DNA from: Deltaproteobacteria bacterium
GTDB lineage: Bacteria > Desulfobacterota > Deferrimicrobia > Deferrimicrobiales > Deferrimicrobiaceae
Assembly (NCBI GenBank): GCA_021815305.1
Contig: JAKAHC010000004.1
Coordinates: 129,343 to 193,342 of the forward strand
Direction of reading: 5' to 3'
Length of the DNA stretch: 64,000 bases
Positions 19,295 through 29,039 of this stretch are shown here, piece by piece. How positions within the stretch are numbered: the stretch's first letter is position 1; each line of letters opens with the position of its first letter. The translations under genes were made by a program, and so were the position numbers. Below the pieces are notes generated by a model. The model did not search any database. It was not told where the DNA came from and worked only from the letters and a program-made list of their open reading frames with translations.

Positions 19295-20872
19295 ATGGCG
19301 GAGATGGGCGCGCTGCTTTCCGCAATGGAATCACGGGTCGGCGATATCCGGAACCCGCTGGACCGGTCCCTCCCCCGCTCGATCGTCGACACTCTCTCCG
19401 ACCTTTCGCTGAACGCCGTCGTTCTCGGCACGCTCCGTTCCCTCTCCCTCCAGGAAGCCGGAGCCGGCCCCTCGGTCTGGATGGAGGCGGCGGACCGCCT
19501 CTTCCGCGGAGGATGCTCCCCCGCCGATTTCCTCAAGCTGACCCGGGCCGTCCTCGGGGCGCTCCGGGCGACGGCGGACGCAACGGCGTTCCCGGCGGAG
19601 GACCGGGCCGGCGTTTCCTCCCGGCTGGAGCTGTACTTCGATGCCGTGGAACGCGGCGGAATGGCGAGATGGGCCGGGGTGCTCGAGGAAACCGCGGCGC
19701 GCCTCCGCCAGACCGAGGAGCAGCTGGCGCAGGCGCAGAGAATGGAAGCCATCGGGCGGCTGACCGGGGGAATCGCGCACGATTTCAATAATCTCCTCAC
19801 AGGGATCCTCGGCTACGCCTCCCTCCTCAAGACCTTTCTCCCCGAGGGAAGCGATGGGTACGGGGCGGCCTCCTACATCGAGCGTTCCGCGCGCCGGGCC
19901 TCGGAGCTGACCCGGCAACTCCTCGCGTACTCCCGCCGGGAAACACCGAAGCTTCGCCCCGTGGAGATCCGCCGCGTCATCGAGGAGGCGGTGGGCATCC
20001 TGTCCCGCTCCGTCAACAAGAACGTGGAGATCCGCACCGATTTCCAGGCCCCTCCGGAAACGGTGATGGGGGATTCGGGTGCCCTCGTGCAGGCATTCCT
20101 CAACCTTGGGGTCAACGCGGGAGACGCCATGCCCGGAGGCGGGATCCTGACCTTCTCCACAACCCCTTTCGTCTCCGACGGGATGGTCTACGTGAACGAC
20201 GTACTGGTCCCCGAGGGACGGTACATCTCCGCGTGCGTTTCGGACACGGGTAGCGGCATCCCCGAAGCGATCCGGGAGCAGGTGTTCGCCCCCTTCTTCA
20301 CGACGAAAGCGCCGGGGGAGGGAACGGGGCTGGGCCTCTCCATGGTGTACAGCTGCGTGCGGACCCATTGCGGTTTCATCGGGATGGAGAGCCGAGAGGG
20401 CGCAGGGACGAGATTCCGGATCCTGCTCCCCATCGCCGAGGACCGCGCAGAACCCCTGGTTTCCCGCGAACCCGAGCACGTTCCCCAGGGCAGGGAGACG
20501 ATCCTGGTCATCGACGACGAGGACATTCCCCTCCACCTCTTGTGCGATATGCTCCGCTCCCTGGGGTACACTCCCCTTCCGGCGACCTCTGGAGAAGAAG
20601 GGATCGAGATCCTCACGTCCGCGCCGGGGAAAGTGGACCTGGTGATCCTGGACAAGATCATGCCGGGGATGGACGGAGCCGAGACGTTGCGGCGCCTGCG
20701 GGGGATCCGCCGGGGTCTCCGGGTGATCCTCTGTTCGGGCCATGCCGCGGAAGGAACGTCGGGGGCCCGCGTGTCCGGAGAATTCAACGATTTCCTGCAG
20801 AAGCCGTACGAGAGGGAGACGCTCGCGCGAAAAGTGCGCTCCGTCCTGGACAACAAAGCGTCAAGGATCTGA
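19295..20872 (+). CDS. hybrid sensor histidine kinase (HisKA-HATPase-REC)
   Basis: H-box HDFNNLLTGILGYASLL, HATPase G-boxes, C-terminal receiver (ILVIDDED...DLVILDKIMPGMDG). Confidence 0.85.
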   Translation: MAEMGALLSAMESRVGDIRNPLDRSLPRSIVDTLSDLSLNAVVLGTLRSLSLQEAGAGPSVWMEAADRLFRGGCSPADFLKLTRAVLGALRATADATAFPAEDRAGVSSRLELYFDAVERGGMARWAGVLEETAARLRQTEEQLAQAQRMEAIGRLTGGIAHDFNNLLTGILGYASLLKTFLPEGSDGYGAASYIERSARRASELTRQLLAYSRRETPKLRPVEIRRVIEEAVGILSRSVNKNVEIRTDFQAPPETVMGDSGALVQAFLNLGVNAGDAMPGGGILTFSTTPFVSDGMVYVNDVLVPEGRYISACVSDTGSGIPEAIREQVFAPFFTTKAPGEGTGLGLSMVYSCVRTHCGFIGMESREGAGTRFRILLPIAEDRAEPLVSREPEHVPQGRETILVIDDEDIPLHLLCDMLRSLGYTPLPATSGEEGIEILTSAPGKVDLVILDKIMPGMDGAETLRRLRGIRRGLRVILCSGHAAEGTSGARVSGEFNDFLQKPYERETLARKVRSVLDNKASRI

Positions 20873-20968
20873 CGATATTTCGGGAATTTTGACGGCCCTC
20901 CTGTTTTTCCCTCCTCATCGCTAAACGAAAAAACACTGAATATCAATAAGTTGAAAAATTTCGCTTCC

Positions 20969-20983
20969 TGGCACGGCGGTTGC
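20969..20983 (+). promoter_or_regulatory. sigma-54 (-24/-12) promoter upstream of fliA
   Basis: TGGCAC-ggcgg-TTGCT matches TGGCAC-N5-TTGCW exactly; AT-rich upstream tract 20880-20960 suggests IHF/bending; about 50 nt upstream of the fliA ATG with a GGAGAGG RBS between. Confidence 0.6.
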
Positions 20984-21035
20984 TCTTTCCCGGGGCACGG
21001 TACGCCACGCACCCAAAAAAGGAGAGGGCCGACCC

Positions 21036-21815
21036 ATGGTGCAGAGCCAGGCAGTACAAGCCCCCTGCAGGACGAAAGTTCCCCGGACCTCCCCCCGGAA
21101 ATCGCGCAAGCCGAACCGGGAGGCCACGGTGCAGGAGTTCCTGCCCAGCATCCGGATCCACGCCGCGCGCTTGAAACTGCGCCTCCCCCCGCATATCGAG
21201 ACCGACGACCTGGTCAGCTCCGGCGTCGTCGGGCTGCTGGACGCTCTCGACCGGTTCGACACGGCCCGCGGGATCAAATTCAAGACGTACGCGGAATTCC
21301 GCATCCGGGGGGCGATGCTCGACTATCTGCGGGAGATGGACTGGTTCCCGCGGTCCGCGCGCCAGCACGCCACCCAGCTCCAGTATGCGTACAACCGCCT
21401 CGAGAACCTGCTCGGCCGCCCCCCCGAAGAGGGCGAGGTGGCGCGCGACCTCGGGATCAGCGTGGACGAGCTCAGGAAACAGCTGGCGATGTTCACCGGG
21501 ATGAACGTGTTCTCCCTGGAAACCCTTCAGGACGAGGACGAGGAAAGCGTCGCGGGGCTGCGGCATGTCCTGGCGGAGTCGGCCATGGAAGAAAGCCGGG
21601 AAGAGGAGCTGACGCGGGAACTGAAAGACGTGCTGGGGAAGGCGATCGACATGCTTCCCGAGCGCGAACGGCACCTGATCGCTTTCTACTACTACGAAGA
21701 CCTGACTCTCCGGGAGATCAGCCGCATCTTCAACCTGGGAGAACCCAGGGTGTGCCAGCTCCACGCGCAGGCGGTCCTTCGGCTTCGGGGGAAGCTGACC
21801 CGGCGCTTCAAGTAG
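21036..21815 (+). CDS. fliA: RNA polymerase sigma factor FliA (sigma-28)
   Basis: 259 aa with sigma-70 regions 2, 3 and 4 of FliA/WhiG type (YAEFRIRGAMLDYLRE, LTLREISRIFNLGEPRVCQLHAQA). Confidence 0.9.
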   Translation: MVQSQAVQAPCRTKVPRTSPRKSRKPNREATVQEFLPSIRIHAARLKLRLPPHIETDDLVSSGVVGLLDALDRFDTARGIKFKTYAEFRIRGAMLDYLREMDWFPRSARQHATQLQYAYNRLENLLGRPPEEGEVARDLGISVDELRKQLAMFTGMNVFSLETLQDEDEESVAGLRHVLAESAMEESREEELTRELKDVLGKAIDMLPERERHLIAFYYYEDLTLREISRIFNLGEPRVCQLHAQAVLRLRGKLTRRFK

Positions 21816-21855
21816 ATCTCCACGGTTTTTCGGACCGTCCGCATTCCCGCCCCCT

Positions 21856-23267
21856 TCAAGGGAGCGCGGGCCGACCCTCCAGCACCTCCCGGATCAGCTC
21901 CATCGGCGATCCGGCCGGCACGAACCCGTGCCCCTGCTCGTGCGGGGCAACCAGCCTGTCCCCCAGCGTTCCCGTCGCGCGGCGGAGATCCGCCCCCGCG
22001 ACAAGGTAGTCGCGCCGCGCGCGTGCCAGGTTCCCCCGCGCCTGCGTGAGGTTGAACTGCGCGTCGTCCACGTCGAGGCGGGTCTTCACGCCGTACTCGT
22101 ACCCCGTTTCCGCCATCGCCACGAGCCTCTCCGCCTGGCCGACCGTTCCGGATAGCGCTTCCACGGTTTGCCCCGCTTCCCGCACCGCGTTCACGGCGTT
22201 GCGCACCTCGAGGGCGATGGAATCGCGCTGCCGCGCCTCCTCGATACGGAGGGTGTTCACGTCGCTCCCGGCCTGGGCGACCCTCCCCCGCGTGCGGAAT
22301 CCGTCGAACAGGGACCAGGAGGCGAACACCCCGGCCGACCACGACTTTCCCCGGACGTCGAACGCGCCGAGATCCAGGTCCTGGTATCCCAGGGCCGACT
22401 GGAAGGTAAGCCGCGGCTTGTTCCCCGCCCGCGCGATGGTCAGCAGTTCCCCGGCGATCCCGAGCCGGTGCCGAAGGTCCGCGAGCTCCGGCCGGCTCCG
22501 CATCGCCGTCCCGAGGGCCTTCCGGTAATCGGGGGGTTCACCGACGACCACGGACAGGTCCCCCTGCGCGTCCACATCCCGCCCGTCCCGCCCGAGGAGG
22601 AAGCGCAACCGTTCCCGGGAAATCCGGACGAGGTTCGCCGTGCGCAGCACCTCGGGCTCGGCGTTCTGCAGCGCGACCTCCGAGGCCAGCACGTCGTAGT
22701 CGGTTGCGGTCCCCGCGGCGTACCGCTTCCGCGCCTCGTCGAGGTGCCTCGCTTTCTGCTCGCGGTTTCCGAGCGCAATGCGGGAGAGTTCCTTCGAAAG
22801 GAGCACGTCGTGAAACGCCGCGTACGCCTCCCGGAGGACGCCCAGGCGAGCGGTCCGCACCTGGTCGTCCGCTGCGGCCAAACCCACTTTCGCCGCGCGG
22901 ATTCCCGCAGACACCACGCCCGAGGAGTAGAGGGGCTGGGACATTTCCAGTTGCACCGCGTACCGGTTGCTGCCGGGGGGGATGCCGAACACCGCCTGGG
23001 TCTCGTCGAAGGCCCGCTGCGCTCCCGCCGTTCCGAGGAGCTGGGGGAGGGCGGCGGCGCGCTCCTCGACGTATTTCCCCGTCAGGCGGGCCCGCTGCTC
23101 GACCGCCTTCTTCAGGTCCCGGTTGTTCGCAAGGGCCGCGCGGAGGGCGTCCTCCAGCGTCAGCACCTCCACCCCGGAGGGACCCTCCGCGGCGCAGGCG
23201 GGGGGGACAAGGGCCGCGGTCCCCGCGCAAAGCGCCAGGAGGAGCGCTGCCGCGGCCGTACGGGACT
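21856..23267 (-). CDS. TolC-like outer membrane efflux factor (OMF), in frame with upstream RND gene
   Basis: About 470-aa C-terminal part of the 1496-aa ORF; begins with a signal-peptide-like KGKSRTAAAALLLALCAGTAALVPPACAAEG at an in-frame GTG; typical OEP repeats follow. Confidence 0.75.
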
Positions 23268-26200
23268 TTCCTTTCACCTTCCGCCGCGCCCAGTCCCCGA
23301 AATCGTCGAGGAGGGTGTACACCACGGGGACCACGAGGAGCGTGAGCATCGTCGACGTGATGAGCCCGCCGATGACGGCGCGCGCCATCGGCGCCCGCTC
23401 CTCCGCGCCCGCCCCGATGGCAAGCGCCAGGGGCAGCATGCCGAAGATCATCGCGAGCGTGGTCATCAGGATGGGCCGCAACCGCGTCCGCCCCGCTGCG
23501 ATCACGGCCTCCGTGCGGTCCATTCCCCGGTGTTGCAGCACCTTTGCGAAGTCCACCAGCAGGATCGCGTTCTTGGTCACCAGCCCCATCAGCATGATGA
23601 GTCCGATCAGGGACATGATGTTGATCGTGTCCCCCGTCAACAACAGCATCCCGGCCATTCCGACGATGGAGAGCGGAAGGGACAGCATGATGGCCAGCGG
23701 ATCGATGAACGACTCGAACTGCGCCGCGAGGATCAGGTAGACGAAGATCACCGCGAGCAACAGCGCCTCGGCCATGTACCCGAACGACTCCACCATGTCC
23801 TCTCCTTCCCCGGTGAAGGCCACCCTGTACCCCGGCGCCATCGGCATGCGCGCGGAGACCTCCCGGACCTTTTTCATCGCCTCTCCCAGCGGCAGTCCGT
23901 CGAGATTCGCGGAGAGGACCACCTCGCGCGTCAGGGCCTGGCGGTCGATCTCGGAGGGCGTGTCGCTCAAGCCGTACCGCGCGACGGCGCCCAGCGGCAC
24001 GAGGGCCACCCCTTCCGGGCGGCTGACCGCCAGCCGGAGCCGTTCCACCTGGGAGGGATCCTTCCGCAGGTCCGACGGGAGCCGCACGCGGACGTTCACC
24101 GCGTCGCCGTCCCGGTCCTCGTAGGTGGTCACCGCCTGTCCGCCCACCAGGGCGCCCAGGGTGCGCGCGATCCCCCCCGTGTTCACTCCCAGGTCCGCCG
24201 CCCGCTTCCCGTCCACCTTCAGGCGGTATTCCGGGATGTCGTGCTCCAGCGTCACCTCGAGGTCGACGATCCCGGGGATCTTGTAGATCTCCGCCTTCAG
24301 CGCGGCCGCGTACTTCTTCAGGAGATCGATGTCCTCGCCCCGCACGGCCACGTTGAACGGCTTGTCCCCCGTGACCCTGCCCACCTCCACGATCGCGGGG
24401 AGAATCCCCGGGATTCCATCGAGCCGCCTGCGGACCTCCTGCTGGATCGCGTCCTGCCGGCGCTTCCTGTCCCGCTTCTCCCCGAGCTTCACGTACACCA
24501 TCCCGTCCCGGACCGTCCCCGTGTCTCCCGCACCGATGGTCGCGAAGGTGCTGCGCACCTCGGGGATCCGGCGGATTTCCGCGAGAACGGCGTCGATGCG
24601 CCCCCGTGTTTCCTGGAGGGAGGCGTCCGGGGAGGTCTTGAAGTTGATCTGGAATTCGGCCCGGTCCACCGGGCTGAAGAATTCGGTCTTGAGGGATCCG
24701 AAGGCGAACAGGCCGCAGGCGAACGTAAACGTCGCCAGCAACACGATCGTCTTGCGGTGGCCAAGCGCCCACGAGATCACCCCGCGGTACCGGTCGGCCG
24801 CGCGGTCGAACCCGTCGTTGAACCGGTCGAGAATGCGGGCGAGCAGGTGCCTCCTTCCCGTCCGGTCGATGTCCGGGTCGTGCCAGCGCGAGGAGAGCAT
24901 CGGGTCCAGGGTGAACGAAACGAACAGGGAAACCAGGACGGCGAACGCCACGGTAATGCCGAACTGGAAGAAGAAGCGGCCGACGATCCCCTTCATGAAC
25001 GCCACCGGGACGAAAACGGCCACGATGGAAAAGGTGGTCGCCAGGACCGCCAGGCCGATCTCGGAGGTTCCCGCGGCGGCGGCTTCGTAGTGGTCCTGGC
25101 CGTGTTCCAGGTGGCGCACGATGTTTTCCCGCACGACGATGGCGTCGTCGATGAGGAGCCCGATGGCCAGCGAGAGCGCCATGAGCGTCATCACGTTGAG
25201 CGTCATCCCCATGAAGTTCATGACGATGAACGAGGAGATGACCGAGATCGGCAGGGTGAGCCCGGTGATCACGGTGGAGCGCCAGGAGTTGAGGAAGCAG
25301 AACACGATGAAGACGGTGAGCAACCCCCCCAGGACCAGCGTCACCTGGACGTCGTGCACGGAATCACGGATTTCCGTCGAGGCGTCCCGCACCATCTCGA
25401 TCCGCGTCCCCGCGGGAAGATCCGGCTGCAGACGCCCGATCTCCTTTTTCACGGCGTCCACCACGGACACGGTGTTGGCGCCCGACTGCTTCTGGATGTT
25501 GAGAGCGACCGCCGGAACGCCGTTGACCAGCGCCAGGGACCGTTGCTCCTCGATCCCGTCCACCACCTCGGCGACCTCCCCCAGCTTCACCGGCCTGCCG
25601 TTGCGCCCTCCGATGACCATATCGGCGAATTGCGGGACCTCCACGGGTTTTCCCGAGATGCGCAGCGGGAACTCCGAACCGTCCCGCGTAATCCTGCCCA
25701 GGGGGGTGTTCACGTTTTCCGATTGCAGCCCCGAGATCACCTCGTCCACGCCCATCCCGAGCGCCTCGAGCCGCGGCTGATCGATCCTCACGTTGACTTC
25801 CCGCTTGGAGGCGCCGATCAGGTCGACCTTCCCGACGCCGGGGATGTTCTCGAAGCGCCGCTTGACCTTCTTCTCGACGAGGGTGGTCAAGTCCCTCGGG
25901 GACAGGGCGTCGGACCGCACCGCCAGGGAGACGATGGGGGCCGCCGCGAAATCGAGTTTCTGGATGATCGGCTCCTCGATCCCCTGGGGCAGCTCGCCCC
26001 GGATGGCCGCCACCTTGGCGCGCGTCTCCTGGGCGCCGTCGTTCAGCCGCACCTCGAGCTGGAACTGCACGACGACCGTGGAGACGCCCTCGCGGGAGAT
26101 GGAGAGGACCTTCTTGACCCCGGCGATCGGGTTGACGGCCTCCTCGATCCGCTTGCTCACTTCCCGCTCGACGCTTTCCGGGGAGGCGCCGGGGAACTTC

Positions 26201-26346
26201 GTGACGACCGTGACCACGGGGATCTCGACGTCGGGGAACATGTCCACCGCAAGCCGCTTGTAGGAGAAGATCCCGAGCGTCACCAGCGCGAGCATCATGA
26301 CGGACGCGAAGATGGGTCGGCGGATGGAGAGGTCCGAGAGAAACAT
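23268..26346 (-). CDS. RND efflux pump inner-membrane transporter (HAE1/AcrB family); no stop codon before the OMF segment
   Basis: N-terminal MFLSDLSIRRPIFASVMMLALVTLGIFSYKRLAVDMFPDVEIPVVTV... is AcrB-like; 12-TM RND body; ORF continues uninterrupted into the OMF. Confidence 0.88.
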
Positions 26347-26349
26347 CGG

Positions 26350-27507
26350 CTATTTCCCCTCCACGGTTGCGACCCTCACGGGATCGCCGTCCTTCAGGTT
26401 GAAGGCGCCGCGGGTGACCACCGCCTCCCCGGGACGCAAACCGGAGGGGATCTCCACCACTCCCGCCAGCACGGCCCCGGTCGTCACATCCCTCCGGCGG
26501 GCGACGTTGTCCGCCACGACGAAGACCTCCCCCCTGCGGCCCGCCACGTCCCAGGATTGCAGGGCATCCCTCGGCACCTGGACTACGCCCTTCCGCGCGC
26601 CGGTCACGATCCGCCCCTCCACGAAGAGGCCGCCCTTGAGCACTTCCGGGATGTTGGGGACCTCCGCGAGCACCCGCACCGATCGGTCTTCGGGCCGCAC
26701 CGAGGGGTTGACGTAGGTGATCCTTCCCGAGAACCGCCTGCCCGGGAACGCGTCCGTGGAGAACACCAGCGGCTGCCCCGCGCGCACGGCGGCCATCTCC
26801 GCGGAAGGGACGTTCATCGTCACCTGGAGGAGGCGGTTGTCCACGAGGCGGAAGATCACCTTCTGCAACTCGCCCACCAGGTCCCCGACGTTCACAAGCC
26901 GCTCCGCCACCGTGCCGTCGAACGGGGCATGGATCACCGCCTTGGTGAGCCGCGTCTCGGCGTGGGATACGTCGTCCTGCGCCGCCGCCACCTGCGCCTT
27001 CGCCGCATCGCTCCTCGCGCGGGACGCCTCCCTTTGCGTCCGGGCGTCCTCCAGCCCCTGCCGGGTGACCAGCCCGGACTCCGCCAGGCGCATCGACCTT
27101 TCCTCCTCGCGGTCCGCGCGATTCCTCGCGGCTTCCGCCTCGAGAAACGCGGCTTTCGCCATCTCCAAAGCCGCCTTGGCCTTCCGCAGGGTCACTTCGC
27201 CTTCCCGGGTGTCGACCTTGAGCAGCGGGTCCCCTTTCCGGACGCGCGCCCACTCGCTCACATAGATGTCGGTGACGAGGCCCCCGTACTCCGACTTGAT
27301 CTCCGCCTGGTATTTCGGGGAGAGGGTCCCCACGACGTCGATCCCCTCGGTGACGTCCCCCAGGCTCGCCCTTTCCGCATCGACGGCCACGGGCGGTTTC
27401 CCGCCGCCTGTGTCTTTCCCCGGAACGCCTTGCCCCTTGCCGGAGCAGGCCGCCGCGCCCGCCAGCAGGATCAGCAGCGCGGTCCCGCGAAGAAGCCCCT
27501 TCCTCAT
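26350..27507 (-). CDS. RND efflux periplasmic adaptor (membrane fusion protein)
   Basis: Lipoprotein signal MRKGLLRGTALLILLAGAAACSG; coiled-coil hairpin; HlyD/AcrA-like beta-barrel and MP domains. Confidence 0.88.
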   Translation of the reverse strand: MRKGLLRGTALLILLAGAAACSGKGQGVPGKDTGGGKPPVAVDAERASLGDVTEGIDVVGTLSPKYQAEIKSEYGGLVTDIYVSEWARVRKGDPLLKVDTREGEVTLRKAKAALEMAKAAFLEAEAARNRADREEERSMRLAESGLVTRQGLEDARTQREASRARSDAAKAQVAAAQDDVSHAETRLTKAVIHAPFDGTVAERLVNVGDLVGELQKVIFRLVDNRLLQVTMNVPSAEMAAVRAGQPLVFSTDAFPGRRFSGRITYVNPSVRPEDRSVRVLAEVPNIPEVLKGGLFVEGRIVTGARKGVVQVPRDALQSWDVAGRRGEVFVVADNVARRRDVTTGAVLAGVVEIPSGLRPGEAVVTRGAFNLKDGDPVRVATVEGK

Positions 27508-28145
27508 GCCCGTTTCCCCTTTCCCTTTGCTTCGCCCTTGCGGCGCGCGATCCCGCCGAAGAGGATCTCCAGCATCCGCTCGATCCCTTTTCGGCCGACG
27601 CTCTGGCTGGGACGGCACAGCTCCAGCTCCATGGCCACGTTCACCGCACCGACCACGGCCCACATCATGTCCGACGCATTCCCTCCCCGGAACTCTCCGC
27701 GCCGGATCCCCTCCTCCAGCACGCGGGTGATCGAATCCTGGAACTGCCGCTGGGCCGCGTCGAAGTCCACGAAGGGGGCACCTTGCGGCGGTCCGTAGTA
27801 GATGGAGTACATGACCCGGGCGAGGGGAAGGTTCATGACGAAGTCGTCATAGGCGCAAAGGCAGAGCCGGGCGAGGCGCTCCCGCGCCGTCCCGCCCCCC
27901 GACAGGACCGACCCGATATGCGAGAGGAACCCCCGCAGGGGTTCCCGCATCAGGTGGAGGTAGATCCCCTCCTTGCTGTGGAAGTAGTAGTACAGGGCGG
28001 GTTTGGTCACCCCGGCCCGCGCTACGATCTCCCGGACCGTCGTGGCGGCGTACCCCTTGCTGGCGAACAGATCCGTGGCTGCCGCGAGAAGGCGTTTTCG
28101 AACCTCGCCCGCCTCCGTCCGGTCCTTTCCCGCCGGTTTCGCCAT
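27504..28145 (-). CDS. TetR family transcriptional regulator
   Basis: N-terminal HTH RLLAAATDLFASKGYAATTVREIVARAGVTKPALYYYF; ATGA overlap with MFP start. Confidence 0.88.
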   Translation of the reverse strand: MAKPAGKDRTEAGEVRKRLLAAATDLFASKGYAATTVREIVARAGVTKPALYYYFHSKEGIYLHLMREPLRGFLSHIGSVLSGGGTARERLARLCLCAYDDFVMNLPLARVMYSIYYGPPQGAPFVDFDAAQRQFQDSITRVLEEGIRRGEFRGGNASDMMWAVVGAVNVAMELELCRPSQSVGRKGIERMLEILFGGIARRKGEAKGKGKRA

Positions 28146-28179
28146 CTTCTCCCCCGGTCTTTTCGGCCGGCCCGTTTTA

Positions 28180-28199
28180 TGTACCTACCGGTAAGTACA
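28180..28199. promoter_or_regulatory. 20-bp near-perfect palindrome, candidate TetR operator
   Basis: TGTACCTACCGGTAAGTACA (9 of 10 arm positions complementary) about 35 bp upstream of the tetR start codon. Confidence 0.55.
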
Positions 28200-28327
28200 A
28201 TAATCGCCGCCGGATGTCAACGGGGACGTTTCTGCGGCTCACGCGGGGGAGACCGCGGGGAGTATGCGCCGGGGGCGGGAACCCGGAAGAGGAGAAAGCG
28301 AAGCTCCCATGGCCCGGCCCGCAGGAA

Positions 28328-28747
28328 TTACGCGCCGCCCGCTTTCTTGGCCACGCGGGCGTTGAACTTCGCGAAATCCACGGAGAAGCGCTCGTGGGTG
28401 CCTTTCCCGATGACCTCGACGTCGTCCTTCGCCTCGATCTCCCACACGGTCCGCCGGCCGTCCACGCCGATGCACCGGACGTGGACCGTCACCGTCATCC
28501 CCGGCGGGGTCGCCGCGGTGTGGGTCACGTGGATCGACGTCCCCACGCTCCCCTCCCCCGGCTCCATGTGGGGCGCCATCGCTTCGAGGCATGCCCATTC
28601 CATGAGCCCCACCATGAACCCGGTAGCGAAGACCTTCGGCATCTCCCGGAACAGGTTCGACTCGGGGTAGAGGTGAGGGACCGTCTTGTTTTCCGGAACG
28701 CGGTACGTGTGGACGTGCTCCAGCCCGACCTTCAACGTGTCCTTCAT
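28328..28747 (-). CDS. hotdog-fold thioesterase family protein
   Basis: 139 aa from MKDTLKVGLEHVHTYRV...; thioesterase superfamily-like core; native high GC. Confidence 0.7.
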   Translation of the reverse strand: MKDTLKVGLEHVHTYRVPENKTVPHLYPESNLFREMPKVFATGFMVGLMEWACLEAMAPHMEPGEGSVGTSIHVTHTAATPPGMTVTVHVRCIGVDGRRTVWEIEAKDDVEVIGKGTHERFSVDFAKFNARVAKKAGGA

Positions 28748-28959
28748 GCGAAACCCCCTCCTTGGCGACATTTCGGTGTGCAACCATGCGACGCCCGCGG
28801 AGAAAACTTTATCCCGCATTTTCCGGTGAACACCGGGAGCGCCCCCCCCAAGCAAACTGTTTCCCTCCGCAAAAAGAGTCCAATGGAACAATAGCCGTTT
28901 TTCCCGGAAGGAACAATTATGAGGTCCTGAAAAGAGCGTTAATGCAAAGAACGTTTTAT

Positions 28960-28987
28960 TTGCACTTGCCGTATGACGTGCTACAAT
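28960..28987 (+). promoter_or_regulatory. sigma-70-like promoter (TTGCAC-16 nt-TACAAT) upstream of rpfF homolog
   Basis: -35 TTGCAC and -10 TACAAT with 16-nt spacer in an AT-rich, lower-GC intergenic region; about 50 nt upstream of the ATG at 29040. Confidence 0.45.
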
Positions 28988-29039
28988 TCACGCGTATTCG
29001 GGTAGCGGAAAATCGGGACGAATGGAGGGGTTACACGCG

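Noticed and set aside
22168-27798. 1876-aa plus-strand ORF (and many other 200-800-aa ORFs antisense to annotated genes, e.g. 4089-5591, 5799-6881, 8860-10371, 8882-11068, 17542-19791, 42549-44576)
   Set aside because: Their products are Arg/Pro/Gly/Ala-rich low-complexity strings with no domain signatures. They lie exactly antisense to well-supported genes (RND pump, MFP, glnB, TPM, MIPS, EBP, MBL). These are typical stop-codon-poor shadow frames of a GC-rich genome.
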